The notes: a model not told the origin generated them from the sequence alone. Positions 1 to 8,116 are shown, numbered from the stretch's first letter. The stretch: DNA of 14,638 nucleotides from Candidatus Methylomirabilota bacterium (GCA_046726415.1 JBKPAK010000152.1:1-14638), one strand, 5' to 3'. A program made the numbers and translations.

Positions 1-12
1 GGGCGCCTGACC

Positions 13-837
13 GTGCGTGCCGCTGCGCCCGCGCCACCGACCGCCGCCGCCGGTCCGGTGCCCGCAACGGCGGCCCGCGCCGGCGCGGGGGCCGTGCTGC
101 TCCGCCGACTGCTGCTTCCGCTCGTGGTGATTGCGGTCCTCCTCGTCGTGTGGGACGTGGCGATCCGCGTCTTCTCGGTCCCGGCCTACGTCGTCCCGAC
201 CCCGGCGTCGGTCGGACAGGCGCTGGTGAAAGAGCGCGCCCGGCTGGCCGACAACGCGATTCCGACGATCCTCGAGAGCCTCGGCGGTTTCGCGCTGGGC
301 AACCTGGTCGCCATCGCCGCTGCGGTCGCGTTCGTCCACAACCGGATGCTTCAGCGGGCGTTCTATCCGGTAGCCGTGGCCGTCCGCACGCTTCCCATCG
401 TGGCCATCGCGCCCATCCTGGTGCTGATGCTGGGCAACGGCTACGCGCCCAAGATCGCGATCGCGGCGCTGATCACGTTCTTTCCGACGCTGGTGAACAT
501 GGTCGAGGGACTGGAGTCGGTCGATCCGCAGGCCATGGAGCTGATGCACGTCCTGTCCGCCCGCCGAAGCGAGGTCTTTCGCTATGTCCGGTGGCCGTCG
601 TCGCTGCCCTACCTGTTCTCCGCCATGCGCATCGCCTCGACCTCCAGCGTGCTGGGCGCGCTGGTGGCCGAGTGGATCGGAACGAACAAGGGCCTGGGGT
701 ATCTGATCGTGCTGACGACCTACGACTTCCGGACCGCGCTCCTCTACGCGGCCATGGCGGTCACGTCGGCCATCGCGCTCACGTTCTTCTTCCTGGTGAG
801 TATCTTGGAGTGGCTCCTGGTCCGCTGGGAGCGCTGA
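13..837 (+). CDS. ABC transporter permease, NitT/TauT (SsuC/TauC-like) family
   Basis: 274 aa with about 6 hydrophobic segments and family-typical motifs (VVPTPASV, LPIVAIAPIL, FFPTLVN, EAA-like loop VRWPSSLPYLFSAMR, ALVAEW..GLG). GTG start follows a TGA at 8-10 that may end an upstream gene. Confidence 0.92.
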   Translation: MRAAAPAPPTAAAGPVPATAARAGAGAVLLRRLLLPLVVIAVLLVVWDVAIRVFSVPAYVVPTPASVGQALVKERARLADNAIPTILESLGGFALGNLVAIAAAVAFVHNRMLQRAFYPVAVAVRTLPIVAIAPILVLMLGNGYAPKIAIAALITFFPTLVNMVEGLESVDPQAMELMHVLSARRSEVFRYVRWPSSLPYLFSAMRIASTSSVLGALVAEWIGTNKGLGYLIVLTTYDFRTALLYAAMAVTSAIALTFFFLVSILEWLLVRWER

Positions 838-857
838 GTTGAGAGGAGGGGACTTCG

Positions 858-2180
858 ATGCGTACGGTTTATGAACCGGGGCGGCAGACTCCCGTGGTGG
901 CCGAGACGGATGTGCTGGTGGTCGGCGGGGGGCCCGCGGGCCAGGCGGCGGCCGTCGCCGCCGGCCGCGCCGGCGCCGAGGTGACGCTGCTCGAGCGCTA
1001 CGGGTATCTGGGCGGGCTGGCCTCCGGCGGCATGGTCCTCGTGCTCGACGACATGTGCACCGAGCGCGAGGTCTCGGTGGGAGGGCAGGCCCTGGAGATC
1101 ATCGACCGAATGCGGCGGATCGGCGCCTGCGTGGCGCCGCCCATGGAGGACTGCTTTCGCAACGACCTCGAGGTCAGAGATCGCTGGGTCCGCTGGGGGT
1201 TCGAGGAGCTCTACGCGCGCAAGAGGCCGAAGCCGATCGTGTACGCCGGGTCCTTCGACCCCGAAGGCTGGAAGCAGGTCTCGCAGGAGATGGTCCTGGA
1301 GGCCGGCGTGCATCTGCGCTGCCACTCATGGTTCTCGCAGGCCCTCGTCGAGGAGGGCGCGGTCCGGGGCGTGATCGTGGAAACCAAGGCCGGCCGGCAG
1401 GCGGTGTTGGGCCGGGTGGTGATCGACGCAACCGGGGACGGGGATGTCTTCAGCAGCGCGGGCGCGCCGGCCGTGCAGGGCTCGTACATCCTCACCCTCG
1501 TGCATCGCCTCGCCGACGTGGACACAGAGGCGGCGATCCGGTTCGACCGCAAGGATCCGGCCGCCGCGCGTCAGCTCGACACGGAGGTCAAACAGCTGCT
1601 CGGCGGATCGTGGGACATGTGGTGGCTGCTCACTCCCCGGCCCGGCGTGGTCTGGTGCAACTGTCCACACATTCCCGGCTACGACGGGCTGAATCCCGAG
1701 CACCTGACCTACATCGAGACCGAGGGCCGGCGCCGGTTCATGAAGGTGGTGGAGTTCGTGCGGACGCACTACCCCGGATTCGAGCGCGCCTACATCCTCG
1801 ACGCGGCGCCACAGGTCGGTGTGCGCCAGACGCGGCTGCTCGAGGGCGAGTACGTCGTGACCAAGGACGACATTCTGGGGCGCCGGAGCTTTCCTGACGT
1901 CGTGGCGCGGGGTCGCGATTACTACACGCCCTACCGCAGCCTGGTCCCCAAGGACATCGACGGCCTGCTGGTGGCCGGCCGGTGCTACGCCGCCACGTCG
2001 GAGGCGCAGCGCATCAGCCGGGAGATTCCGCCGGTGATGGTCATGGGCGAGGCGGCCGGAACGGCCGCGGCGCTCAGCCTGGAAGCGGGGGTAGCGCCGC
2101 GGCGGGTGGACGTGACGCTACTACAGAAGCGGCTCATCGCCCAGGGCGTCAATCTCGGAACGCCGGTGCCCGCGGCCTGA
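858..2180 (+). CDS. FAD-dependent oxidoreductase (FAD_oxidored/PF12831-like)
   Basis: DVLVVGGGPAG Rossmann motif, LLERYGYLGG, IDATGDGD, PYRSLVP..LLVAGRC, MGEAAGTAAA. RBS GAGAGGAGG at 841-849. Confidence 0.92.
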   Translation: MRTVYEPGRQTPVVAETDVLVVGGGPAGQAAAVAAGRAGAEVTLLERYGYLGGLASGGMVLVLDDMCTEREVSVGGQALEIIDRMRRIGACVAPPMEDCFRNDLEVRDRWVRWGFEELYARKRPKPIVYAGSFDPEGWKQVSQEMVLEAGVHLRCHSWFSQALVEEGAVRGVIVETKAGRQAVLGRVVIDATGDGDVFSSAGAPAVQGSYILTLVHRLADVDTEAAIRFDRKDPAAARQLDTEVKQLLGGSWDMWWLLTPRPGVVWCNCPHIPGYDGLNPEHLTYIETEGRRRFMKVVEFVRTHYPGFERAYILDAAPQVGVRQTRLLEGEYVVTKDDILGRRSFPDVVARGRDYYTPYRSLVPKDIDGLLVAGRCYAATSEAQRISREIPPVMVMGEAAGTAAALSLEAGVAPRRVDVTLLQKRLIAQGVNLGTPVPAA

Positions 2181-2188
2181 GTGAGGCG

Positions 2189-2980
2189 ATGGAATTCTGC
2201 CGGGTCGAGCGCGATGGTCATCTCCTCGTCGTCACCCTCGATCGACCTCACGTCATGAACGCCCTGCACCGCGCCGCCACCGAGGAGCTCGATCAGGTCT
2301 GGACCAACTACGCCGCCGATCCTGAGCTGCGCGTAGCGATCCTCACCGGCGCCGGCGATCGGTCGTTCTCGGCCGGCTACGACATGAAGGAGCCCGCGGC
2401 ATCGAGTGCCGACCCGACGAACAGCGGCTACCTGGCGTCCCGGCATCCTCGCGGCCTCGGCGGTTTGACGCTTCGCCCCGACCTGAGCAAGCCCCTCATC
2501 GCGGCGGTGAACGGCTTCGCCCTCGGCGGCGGCTTCGAGCTCGCCCTCGCCTGTGACATCATCGTCGCCGCCGAGCACGCCGAGTTCGGACTGCCCGAGC
2601 CGCGGGTCGGTCGCATGGCGCTCGAGGGCGGCATGCACCGGCTGGCCCGACACATTCCCCTCAAGATCGCCATGGGGCTGTTGCTGACGGGGCGCCGCGT
2701 CTCGGCGCCGGAAGCGCACCGGATCGGTCTCGTCAACGAGGTGGTTCCGCTCGCCCACCTGCTCCCGGCGGCGCGTCGTTGGGCCGATGAAATACTGGAA
2801 TCCGCGCCGCTGTCGGTGCAGGCCACGAAGGACGCCGTGATGGCCGGGCTGGGCCTGCCCCTGACGGCCGCCATCGCGCTCGTCCCGACGACGATGGCCA
2901 GGGCGTTGGCCTCCGAGGACCAGGTCGAGGGCGTGAACGCGTTCCGCGAGAGGAGGGCTCCGCGATGGTCGGGTCGCTAA
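2189..2980 (+). CDS. Enoyl-CoA hydratase/isomerase (crotonase; carnitinyl-CoA dehydratase-like)
   Basis: ATG at 2189 (MEFCRVERDG) after GAGG, inside ORF 1982-2980. Motifs FSAGYD, AAVNGFALGGGFELALACD and FGLPEPRVG; both catalytic Glu are present. Confidence 0.92.
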   Translation: MEFCRVERDGHLLVVTLDRPHVMNALHRAATEELDQVWTNYAADPELRVAILTGAGDRSFSAGYDMKEPAASSADPTNSGYLASRHPRGLGGLTLRPDLSKPLIAAVNGFALGGGFELALACDIIVAAEHAEFGLPEPRVGRMALEGGMHRLARHIPLKIAMGLLLTGRRVSAPEAHRIGLVNEVVPLAHLLPAARRWADEILESAPLSVQATKDAVMAGLGLPLTAAIALVPTTMARALASEDQVEGVNAFRERRAPRWSGR

Positions 2981-4146
2981 AGGATGGTGCGCCGCTCGCA
3001 GGGATCACGGTCCTCGACTTCTCGCAGGTCGAGATGGGGCCGTGCGCGACGCAGGTGCTGGGCGACTTCGGCGCCGACGTCATCAAGATCGAACGACCGG
3101 GCGCCGGGGATCTCGCGCGCGTGCACATGAAGCACGCGAGCGGCGAGAGCGCGGTCTTCTGGAGCCTGAATCGCAATAAGCGGAGCGTCGCCCTCGACGT
3201 CCGCTCGCCCCGTGGCCGCGAGGTCATCCACCGTCTCGCCCGCTCGGCCGACGTCCTGGTGCACAACTTCCGCCCGGGCACGATGGAGCGGCTGGGCTTC
3301 GGCCCCGCGGAGCTGCGCGCCATCAACCCGCGCCTGATCTACGCCTTCGGCAGCGGGTACGGGCCCACCGGTCCCTACCGCGACAAAGGCGGTCAGGACG
3401 TGCTCGCGCAGGCGCTGAGCGGGATCGCCTCGCGCCGGGCGGATCCCGGCGCGCCGCCTGAACCCTGCGCGACACCCATCGCCGACTTCACCGGGGGGAT
3501 GCTGCTCGTGCAGGCCATTCTCCTGGCGCTGCTCGCGCGCGAACGCACCGGCCAGGGGCAGGTCGTCCACGTCTCCCTGCTGGACGGCATGCTGGCCATG
3601 CAGCTTCAGGAGGCCTCCGCCTGGCTGAATCTCGGCCAGCGCCTGAACTGGGGCGCCTTTCCCTTGTCCGGCACGTTCCAAACGATCGACGGGTACGTCG
3701 TCATGGTGGGCGCCTTCAAGGCGAATCCGCTCCAGGAGATCTGCCGGGGCCTGGGCATCGAGGACCTCTCGGCCGACCCCCGCTACGCGACGCACGAGAC
3801 GCAGGTCGCCCATCGCGACGATCTGCAGGCCCGGTGGCACCAGGAGTTCGGCCGACGGACGACGAAGCAGGTCATCGACGCCCTCGAGTCCGTGGACATC
3901 CTGTGCGCCCCGGTGAACACCATCGAGGCCGCGCTGGCCGATCCTCAGGTGGCGACCAACGAGATGGTCCTCGAGATGCGCCATCCCGACGCGGGAACGA
4001 TCAGGACGGTCGGGATCCCCGTGAAGCTGGAGAGCACGCCCGGCTCCGTCCGCCGGCCGCCGCCGCGTCTCGGAGAACACACGCACGAGGTCCTGGCCGA
4101 GCTGGGGTTCTCCCGAGAGGAGATTGCCGAGATGGCGTCCGGGTAG
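2965..4146 (+). CDS. CoA-transferase family III (CaiB/BaiF/Frc-like)
   Basis: PLAGITVLDFS, LGDFGADVIKIERPGAGD, NRNKRSVALD, NFRPG, IADFTGG (catalytic Asp), PPRLGEHT. Overlaps the crotonase stop. Confidence 0.95.
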   Translation: MVGSLKDGAPLAGITVLDFSQVEMGPCATQVLGDFGADVIKIERPGAGDLARVHMKHASGESAVFWSLNRNKRSVALDVRSPRGREVIHRLARSADVLVHNFRPGTMERLGFGPAELRAINPRLIYAFGSGYGPTGPYRDKGGQDVLAQALSGIASRRADPGAPPEPCATPIADFTGGMLLVQAILLALLARERTGQGQVVHVSLLDGMLAMQLQEASAWLNLGQRLNWGAFPLSGTFQTIDGYVVMVGAFKANPLQEICRGLGIEDLSADPRYATHETQVAHRDDLQARWHQEFGRRTTKQVIDALESVDILCAPVNTIEAALADPQVATNEMVLEMRHPDAGTIRTVGIPVKLESTPGSVRRPPPRLGEHTHEVLAELGFSREEIAEMASG

Positions 4147-4295
4147 AGCGCCTATTCAGCCTCGGCCTTTCCCCCGCCGCGGGCGCGGAGCCTGGGTTCT
4201 TCGTCATGATCTTCGCCGGCCTCTCCTACCCGGAGACCTGGAATACGGAGCGAAGGACCGGCTGATTGACGTTCCCTACTGAGCGGCCCTGCCGG

Positions 4296-4685
4296 TCAGG
4301 CGAGCGTCACGCGAAGGGCCACCGGCACGCTCAGCGCGCGACTGATGCGACAGGTTTCGGCCGCCTCTCTGAGCTTCGCCAACTGCGCGGGGTCGAGGGC
4401 GCCGTCCAGGATCAGCTCGGCATCGATGCCGATGATGCGCCCCTGGGCTTCCGTCGCCGCCAGGCGGGCCTCGAGGTGGCGGAGCGGCCACTGCTGGCGT
4501 TCGGCGAACCGCCGAACGTTCGAGAGTTTTCAGGCGCCGATGGCGCCGAGCAGCATCTCGGCCGGCGATGGGCCCTCGTCACCGCCCCCGGCCTCCGGCG
4601 GCGCGTCCAGCACCACCCGATGGGGCCCGATCACCGCTTCGGCCTTCATTCCCACCACCCACTGCACGGTCACCGCCCTCGCCAT
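4296..4685 (-). CDS. OsmC/Ohr-like peroxiredoxin-family protein, probable selenoprotein (Sec52 encoded by UGA)
   Basis: Manual translation gives MARAVTVQWVVGMKAEAVIGPHRVVLDAPPEAGGGDEGPSPAEMLLGAIGA-UGA-KLSNVRRFAERQQWPLRHLEARLAATEAQGRIIGIDAELILDGALDPAQLAKLREAAETCRISRALSVPVALRVTLA* (129 aa). The DxPxxxGGxDxGPSPxEMLLGAxGA(C) motif and a second Cys (C112) are OsmC hallmarks. RBS AGGGGG lies 9 nt upstream of the ATG. Confidence 0.88.
4498..4518 (-). promoter_or_regulatory. Bacterial SECIS-like hairpin
   Basis: The minus-strand mRNA reads UGA-AAACUCUCGAA-CGUUCGGCG-GUU-CGCCGAACG: a perfect 9-bp stem starting 11 nt after the UGA (4530-4532), with an apical loop beginning GU. Confidence 0.78.
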
Positions 4686-4888
4686 AGCGCGCATCCCCCT
4701 GGTGAGCGGCTCTGCGACATGGTTGGCTCCCTGTTGACGGCGGCCCCATCTTCTCCGTCCGCGTTCCTTCCGGCTCAGGATTCTACGTGAGGACGTGGGG
4801 GGCGAGGAAGCCGAAGCATCGGGGTCGAGGCCTATCGTGAGGCGCTGCCAAGAGCGGCGCCCGAGCGGCTGGGCGCGGCGGCGCTATA

Positions 4889-5167
4889 GTGGGGCGGCGG
4901 AACTCGGCGCATGTGGGCCTGCGGGAGATTCGCGAGGCCGCGCGCTGTCCCGTCCTGAGCATGATCGACGTTACGATCGACGACGTCGTGCGCCGGAAAT
5001 GCCGGCGCGTCGGCGTGCTCGGGTTCAACGGCGCGGCGCCACCCTACGTCGACGCGCTCCGGCGGCGCGGCATCGGTTGGGAGGGCATCGACGCGACGTC
5101 GCAGGCGGCCGTCGACTACGACGCGGAGGCCGCGGACGCCGCCGTCGCCATGGGAGGCCGCGCATGA
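4889..5167 (+). pseudogene. Internal fragment of an aspartate/glutamate racemase-family gene
   Basis: NSAHVGLREIREAARCPVLSMIDVTIDDVVRRKCRRVGVLG resembles the racemase segment (C)NTAH...IPVLSMI...RVGVLG. The N-terminus, the first catalytic Cys and the C-terminal GCTE motif are absent. Confidence 0.65.
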
Positions 5168-5257
5168 ACGAGAACGCGTGTCGCGCCCGTGCCGAGCGCG
5201 GCGCGGAGGTTGACGAGGCGTCGTTTCATGGGGCGGGTCAGCTTCGGGACGGGGGCG

Positions 5258-5317
5258 GCATAACAGCAGGCTTGAGCGGACCGGCTCGACGCCGGCCGCT
5301 CAGCCTGATCGTTCGGT
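5258..5317 (+). mobile_element. Integron cassette recombination site (attC, 60 bp), solo
   Basis: R'' GCATAAC - 5 nt - L'' GCTTGAGC - GGAC CGGC TCGAC GCCG GCC - L' GCTCAGC - 6 nt - R' GTTCGGT. It folds into a hairpin with two extrahelical bases and has canonical attC box spacing. Confidence 0.82.
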
Positions 5318-5511
5318 ACACAGACGAAGCACCGCCGCGTAGCGGGCGGCGGCCGTCGACCGCGTCAATGAGTATGAACGAGGACAGGAGATCGGCAAGA
5401 TGCTGGACCAGCCTTGGCAAAGCCCACGGGGTGTGAACGCTTGACACGGATCCACGCCGACGACCGCCGACCGCCACAGGGCCGCCCTCCGCCCCGCTCA
5501 GTAGGCGGCCT

Positions 5512-6030
5512 TCAGTCAGGCCTGTGCCCTGATTCGAGCTTGGCGTTGAGAAAGTCGATCTTCTCGTCGATCGTCTTGAGCTGCGCCCTCAGGACGAGCT
5601 CGTGGGCATTCTGCAATCGCTCCCTGATCTTGAGGAGCAGGCGGAGCTCGATGTCGGGATGATCGTCCATCAGGTCCCGGAACGGCGGGCCGTGGAGTTC
5701 CAGAACGATGGAGTGTTCCTTGGCGCGCACCGTCGCCGACCGCGGACGCCGCTCGATGAGACCTATCTCGCCGAAGACTTCGCCCCTGCCTAAAACCGCG
5801 AGGGAGATCGGCGTGCCGTCGCCTGGATCCAGGATCGCCTCCACCGACCCCGAGCCGATCACATAGATCGAGTCGCCGACCTCGCCCTGACGCAGGATGA
5901 CCTCCTCTTGGCCCACACTCCGCTCGGTGGAGGCCGAGTCTTCCAGCAGTACCTCGAGCTTCTTGGCGTCACGAACGCTGGAGAACATCGGGTGCTTCCG
6001 AAGAAAGTCCCTCCAGGGAAACGTCTTCAT
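5512..6030 (-). CDS. Stand-alone cyclic-nucleotide-binding (CAP_ED) domain protein
   Basis: 172 aa; ILRQGEVGDSIYVIGSGSVE...GEVFGEIGLIERRPRSATVRA (phosphate-binding cassette). No CRP HTH; C-terminal helix is coiled-coil-like. AGGAGG upstream. Confidence 0.9.
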   Translation of the reverse strand: MKTFPWRDFLRKHPMFSSVRDAKKLEVLLEDSASTERSVGQEEVILRQGEVGDSIYVIGSGSVEAILDPGDGTPISLAVLGRGEVFGEIGLIERRPRSATVRAKEHSIVLELHGPPFRDLMDDHPDIELRLLLKIRERLQNAHELVLRAQLKTIDEKIDFLNAKLESGHRPD

Positions 6031-6085
6031 GCTGGGCCTGCGCCTCCTCGCCGCGCGTTCAACGAAGGTGAAGACGCCGATGGGC

Positions 6086-6424
6086 TCACGACGTCACTTT
6101 CGGGACGGGGCGCCCACCTGTTCCCGGCGCGCCCACGAAAATGACGTCCCCTTTACGGTCTACGAACTCGCTCAACACGTTGCGCATCTCGTCGTCCGTG
6201 CCGAGCACCTGCGGTCCACTGTGATGTTCTGGCGGGGGATATAACCCCAAATCGCGAAGGCCTTGGTAGAACGCCTCGTCCCTCGGAGCGAGCTTGCATT
6301 GTGACGGACCTATGAGTAGGTACCCGACCGTCGGAACCTTCCCGGCAGGCTCCCCTACCAGCGCGAGCGGCGCGGCGAGGAAGCCGAGGCCGAGGATCAG
6401 GGTGACCTCTCTCCTGCTCATCAT
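6086..6424 (-). pseudogene. 5' fragment of ABC transporter substrate-binding protein (ABC_sub_bind/PF04392-like), frameshifted and truncated
   Basis: Signal MMSRREVTLILGLGFLAAPLA, then KVPTVGYL and EAFYQGLRDLG. The family-like continuation GYIPRQNITVDRR is in another frame (G4 run at 6245-6248), then SEFVDRKGDVIFVG. The remainder of the protein is missing. Confidence 0.75.
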
Positions 6425-6467
6425 TGTGGCGCGCCCCGACGCCGCCGAACGTCGACAGCGCCGCTGC

Positions 6468-6982
6468 TCACGCCAGCTCCCTCATCGCCGCCTCCGCCTG
6501 CTCCAGATAGAACCGCATGTCCATCTCGCGGTACATGGTCGTGGCGGTGGTGAGGCGTTCGCGGGCCTGATCGCGCCTTCCGGTGCGCCGGTAGAGCTTG
6601 CTGAGACCGAGGTGGCAGTGGGCGGCGAGGGGGCGCATGCCGCGCGGCTCGGCGAGGGCCAGCGCCTGTCGGTAGTTGCCTCGCCGCTCCCGGCGTTGAA
6701 CTGGTCGGGATGAGTCGCAATGTCACCGAGTAGGTGCAGCCCATCGGCTGCGTTCCCCTGGTGATACCGAGAGGACTCGACCGCGCGGTCGCCCAGGCGC
6801 CGCGCCTCGTCGAGCCGGCCGAGCAGCAGATTGGCGCGACCGAGCCAGGCGAGGCCCCGGTTGGGCCTGCCGCTGATCCCCCTCGCCGCCTGACGTTCGA
6901 AGAGCTGCTCGCCTTCCCGGACTCGCTCGAGCACCTCGCTTGTCTCGCCGAGCTGTGACAGTGCCCAGGCAGACGCGGCCAG
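6468..6982 (-). pseudogene. C-terminal TPR region of an AAA-ATPase/adenylate-guanylate cyclase-type multidomain protein, frameshifted
   Basis: LAASAWALSQLGE...LLLGRLDEARRLGDRAVE...LHLLGDIATHPD, then after a 1-nt shift near 6677-6680 NYRQALALAEPRGMRPLAAHCHLGLSKLYRRTGRRDQARERLTTATTMYREMDMRFYLEQAEAAMRELA*. Confidence 0.8.
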
Positions 6983-7210
6983 CCCTCTTCCTTGAGGATC
7001 GCGCGGTCGATCTCGTAGTCCCAGAAGACGTTCAGCGACTGACCCCTGGGCGTCGTCGTCTGCGCAGGCCAGCTTCACCAAGGACGATTGGTTGGGAGCA
7101 GAGGGCGGGACCACTTCCTCCACCAGCCACCTTCGTGAGCGAACCTGAACCAGCTCCCCGACCTCTGGGGCTCGCTCAGGTAGCGATCGCGCGGTGGTCA
7201 GAGTGCTCAC
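6979..7210 (-). pseudogene. drmD: 5' fragment of DISARM SNF2-like helicase (DrmD-like)
   Basis: GGAGG RBS then GTG: MSTLTTARSLPERAPEVGELVQVRSRRWLVEEV...LVKLACADDDAQG. Removing one G (run at 7043-7046) gives QSLNVFWDYEIDRAILKEEGW. This matches my recollection of DrmD N-termini; no helicase motifs follow. Confidence 0.72.
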
Positions 7211-7646
7211 AGTCAGTGGCCTCCCACGATGTCGGGTTCTGATGGTCGAGTGCCCCACGAGCGCAGCCCCGCGGTCGGATCCACCTTCGATCCTCCCGCC
7301 GCCAGAACTGTCGCCCCTGGGAGACCGTGACCGTCATATTAGCCGGGTTGGGGCCGGCCTGCGGCAGTCTTCGGGCGGGGCTCGCCCGATGGCACCAACC
7401 TCCGAAGACCTGGACTGTCGTCCCGGCGCCCCCCGGAGAGCACGAGCGGGGGGCGCCAGGCCACCTCCCCAAGCGCCACGACGGTCACCAGCTCGCGTGC
7501 CAATCGAAGGCGGACTTAGGGCTACGGAATGTCGAGCGCTACGGCTTAGAGGAGTTCCACTGAAACGAGCGCCGGCCGAGGAAAGAACTACACCGACGTT
7601 GGTGAGGAGGCGCAGAGGCATTCTGGGCGCTGCCTCGCTGCGGTCT

Positions 7647-7838
7647 TCATATAATCGAGAGCAATCCGCGCAGGCGCCAGGGAGTGGAGACGTAGAACTT
7701 CCGAATCGGGTCGGCGGCCCGGGCAGCCTGGGCGAGGCCCTGGTGTCGTTGGGCGTGGCGAGCGCACCGGCCACTACGCACGGCGAAGCCGGGGCAAGCA
7801 GGGACGAGGCAGGCGACGGGCGGACGCCAGGGACTCAC
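7647..7838 (-). pseudogene. 5' fragment of phage-type (terminase-associated) HNH endonuclease
   Basis: MSPWRPPVACLVPACPGFAVRSGRCARH...RKFYVSTPWR fits the P-x-R-P-x-x-x-C-x(4)-C-x(9)-C-x-x-H zinc knuckle and the FYxSxxWR helix of phage HNH proteins. It stops before the HNH core. Confidence 0.62.
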
Positions 7839-8092
7839 AACATGCTCAGGGTGGTCATTCACGAGCCCCAGGATCTGGAAGGCCGAGGGCCAGAGACACG
7901 GCCGCCCGACAGGACGACGCGCCCTTTCTCTATAATCGGCTGTTTCTCCTCGCGTGCATCTCGCACGTGATAGATCAGTCGATCCCACGGCTCCGGACCA
8001 TGTACCGCCATCGGCAGACATCGTTGACAATCAAGCGGATAGCGAGGGATAGGCGCGCGTCATCGAGCGATCGCCACGCATGTGAGCCGATG

Positions 8093-8116
8093 GTTTCGGC
8101 AAAGTTTCGGCAAAGT
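8093..8116 (+). repeat. 11-bp tandem direct repeat GTTTCGGCAAA x2 (+GT)
   Basis: Directly visible: gtttcggcaaa gtttcggcaaa gt. Confidence 0.85.

Noticed and set aside
150-4086. Long alternative-frame and antisense ORFs over the left operon, and similar ones over 10621-12941 and 13673-14603
   Set aside because: Typical high-GC shadow ORFs over better-supported genes.
4147-4265. Short hydrophobic frame LFSLGLSPAAGAEPGFFVMIFAGLSYPETWNTERRTG* after the CoA-transferase
   Set aside because: No RBS or credible start and no recognisable family; it may be a gene remnant but I cannot support a call.
4266-4790. Plus-strand ORFs 4266-4790 and 4345-4737
   Set aside because: Antisense shadows of the OsmC-like gene.
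4275-5505. 12-bp inverted match CCTACTGAGCGG (4275-4286) / CCGCTCAGTAGG (5494-5505) bracketing the OsmC-like gene and attC
   Set aside because: It does not extend, there is no target-site duplication or transposase, and several 12-bp matches are expected by chance in 14.6 kb.
6440-6470. Minus-strand GTTCGGCGGC just before the substrate-binding gene, like an attC R' end
   Set aside because: No R''/L'' half or hairpin upstream.
7509-7556. GGLRATECRALRLRGV resembling tyrosine recombinase box I
   Set aside because: No HxLR/Tyr motifs follow, and the surrounding ORF 7194-7970 has a non-protein-like Pro/Arg/Ala composition.
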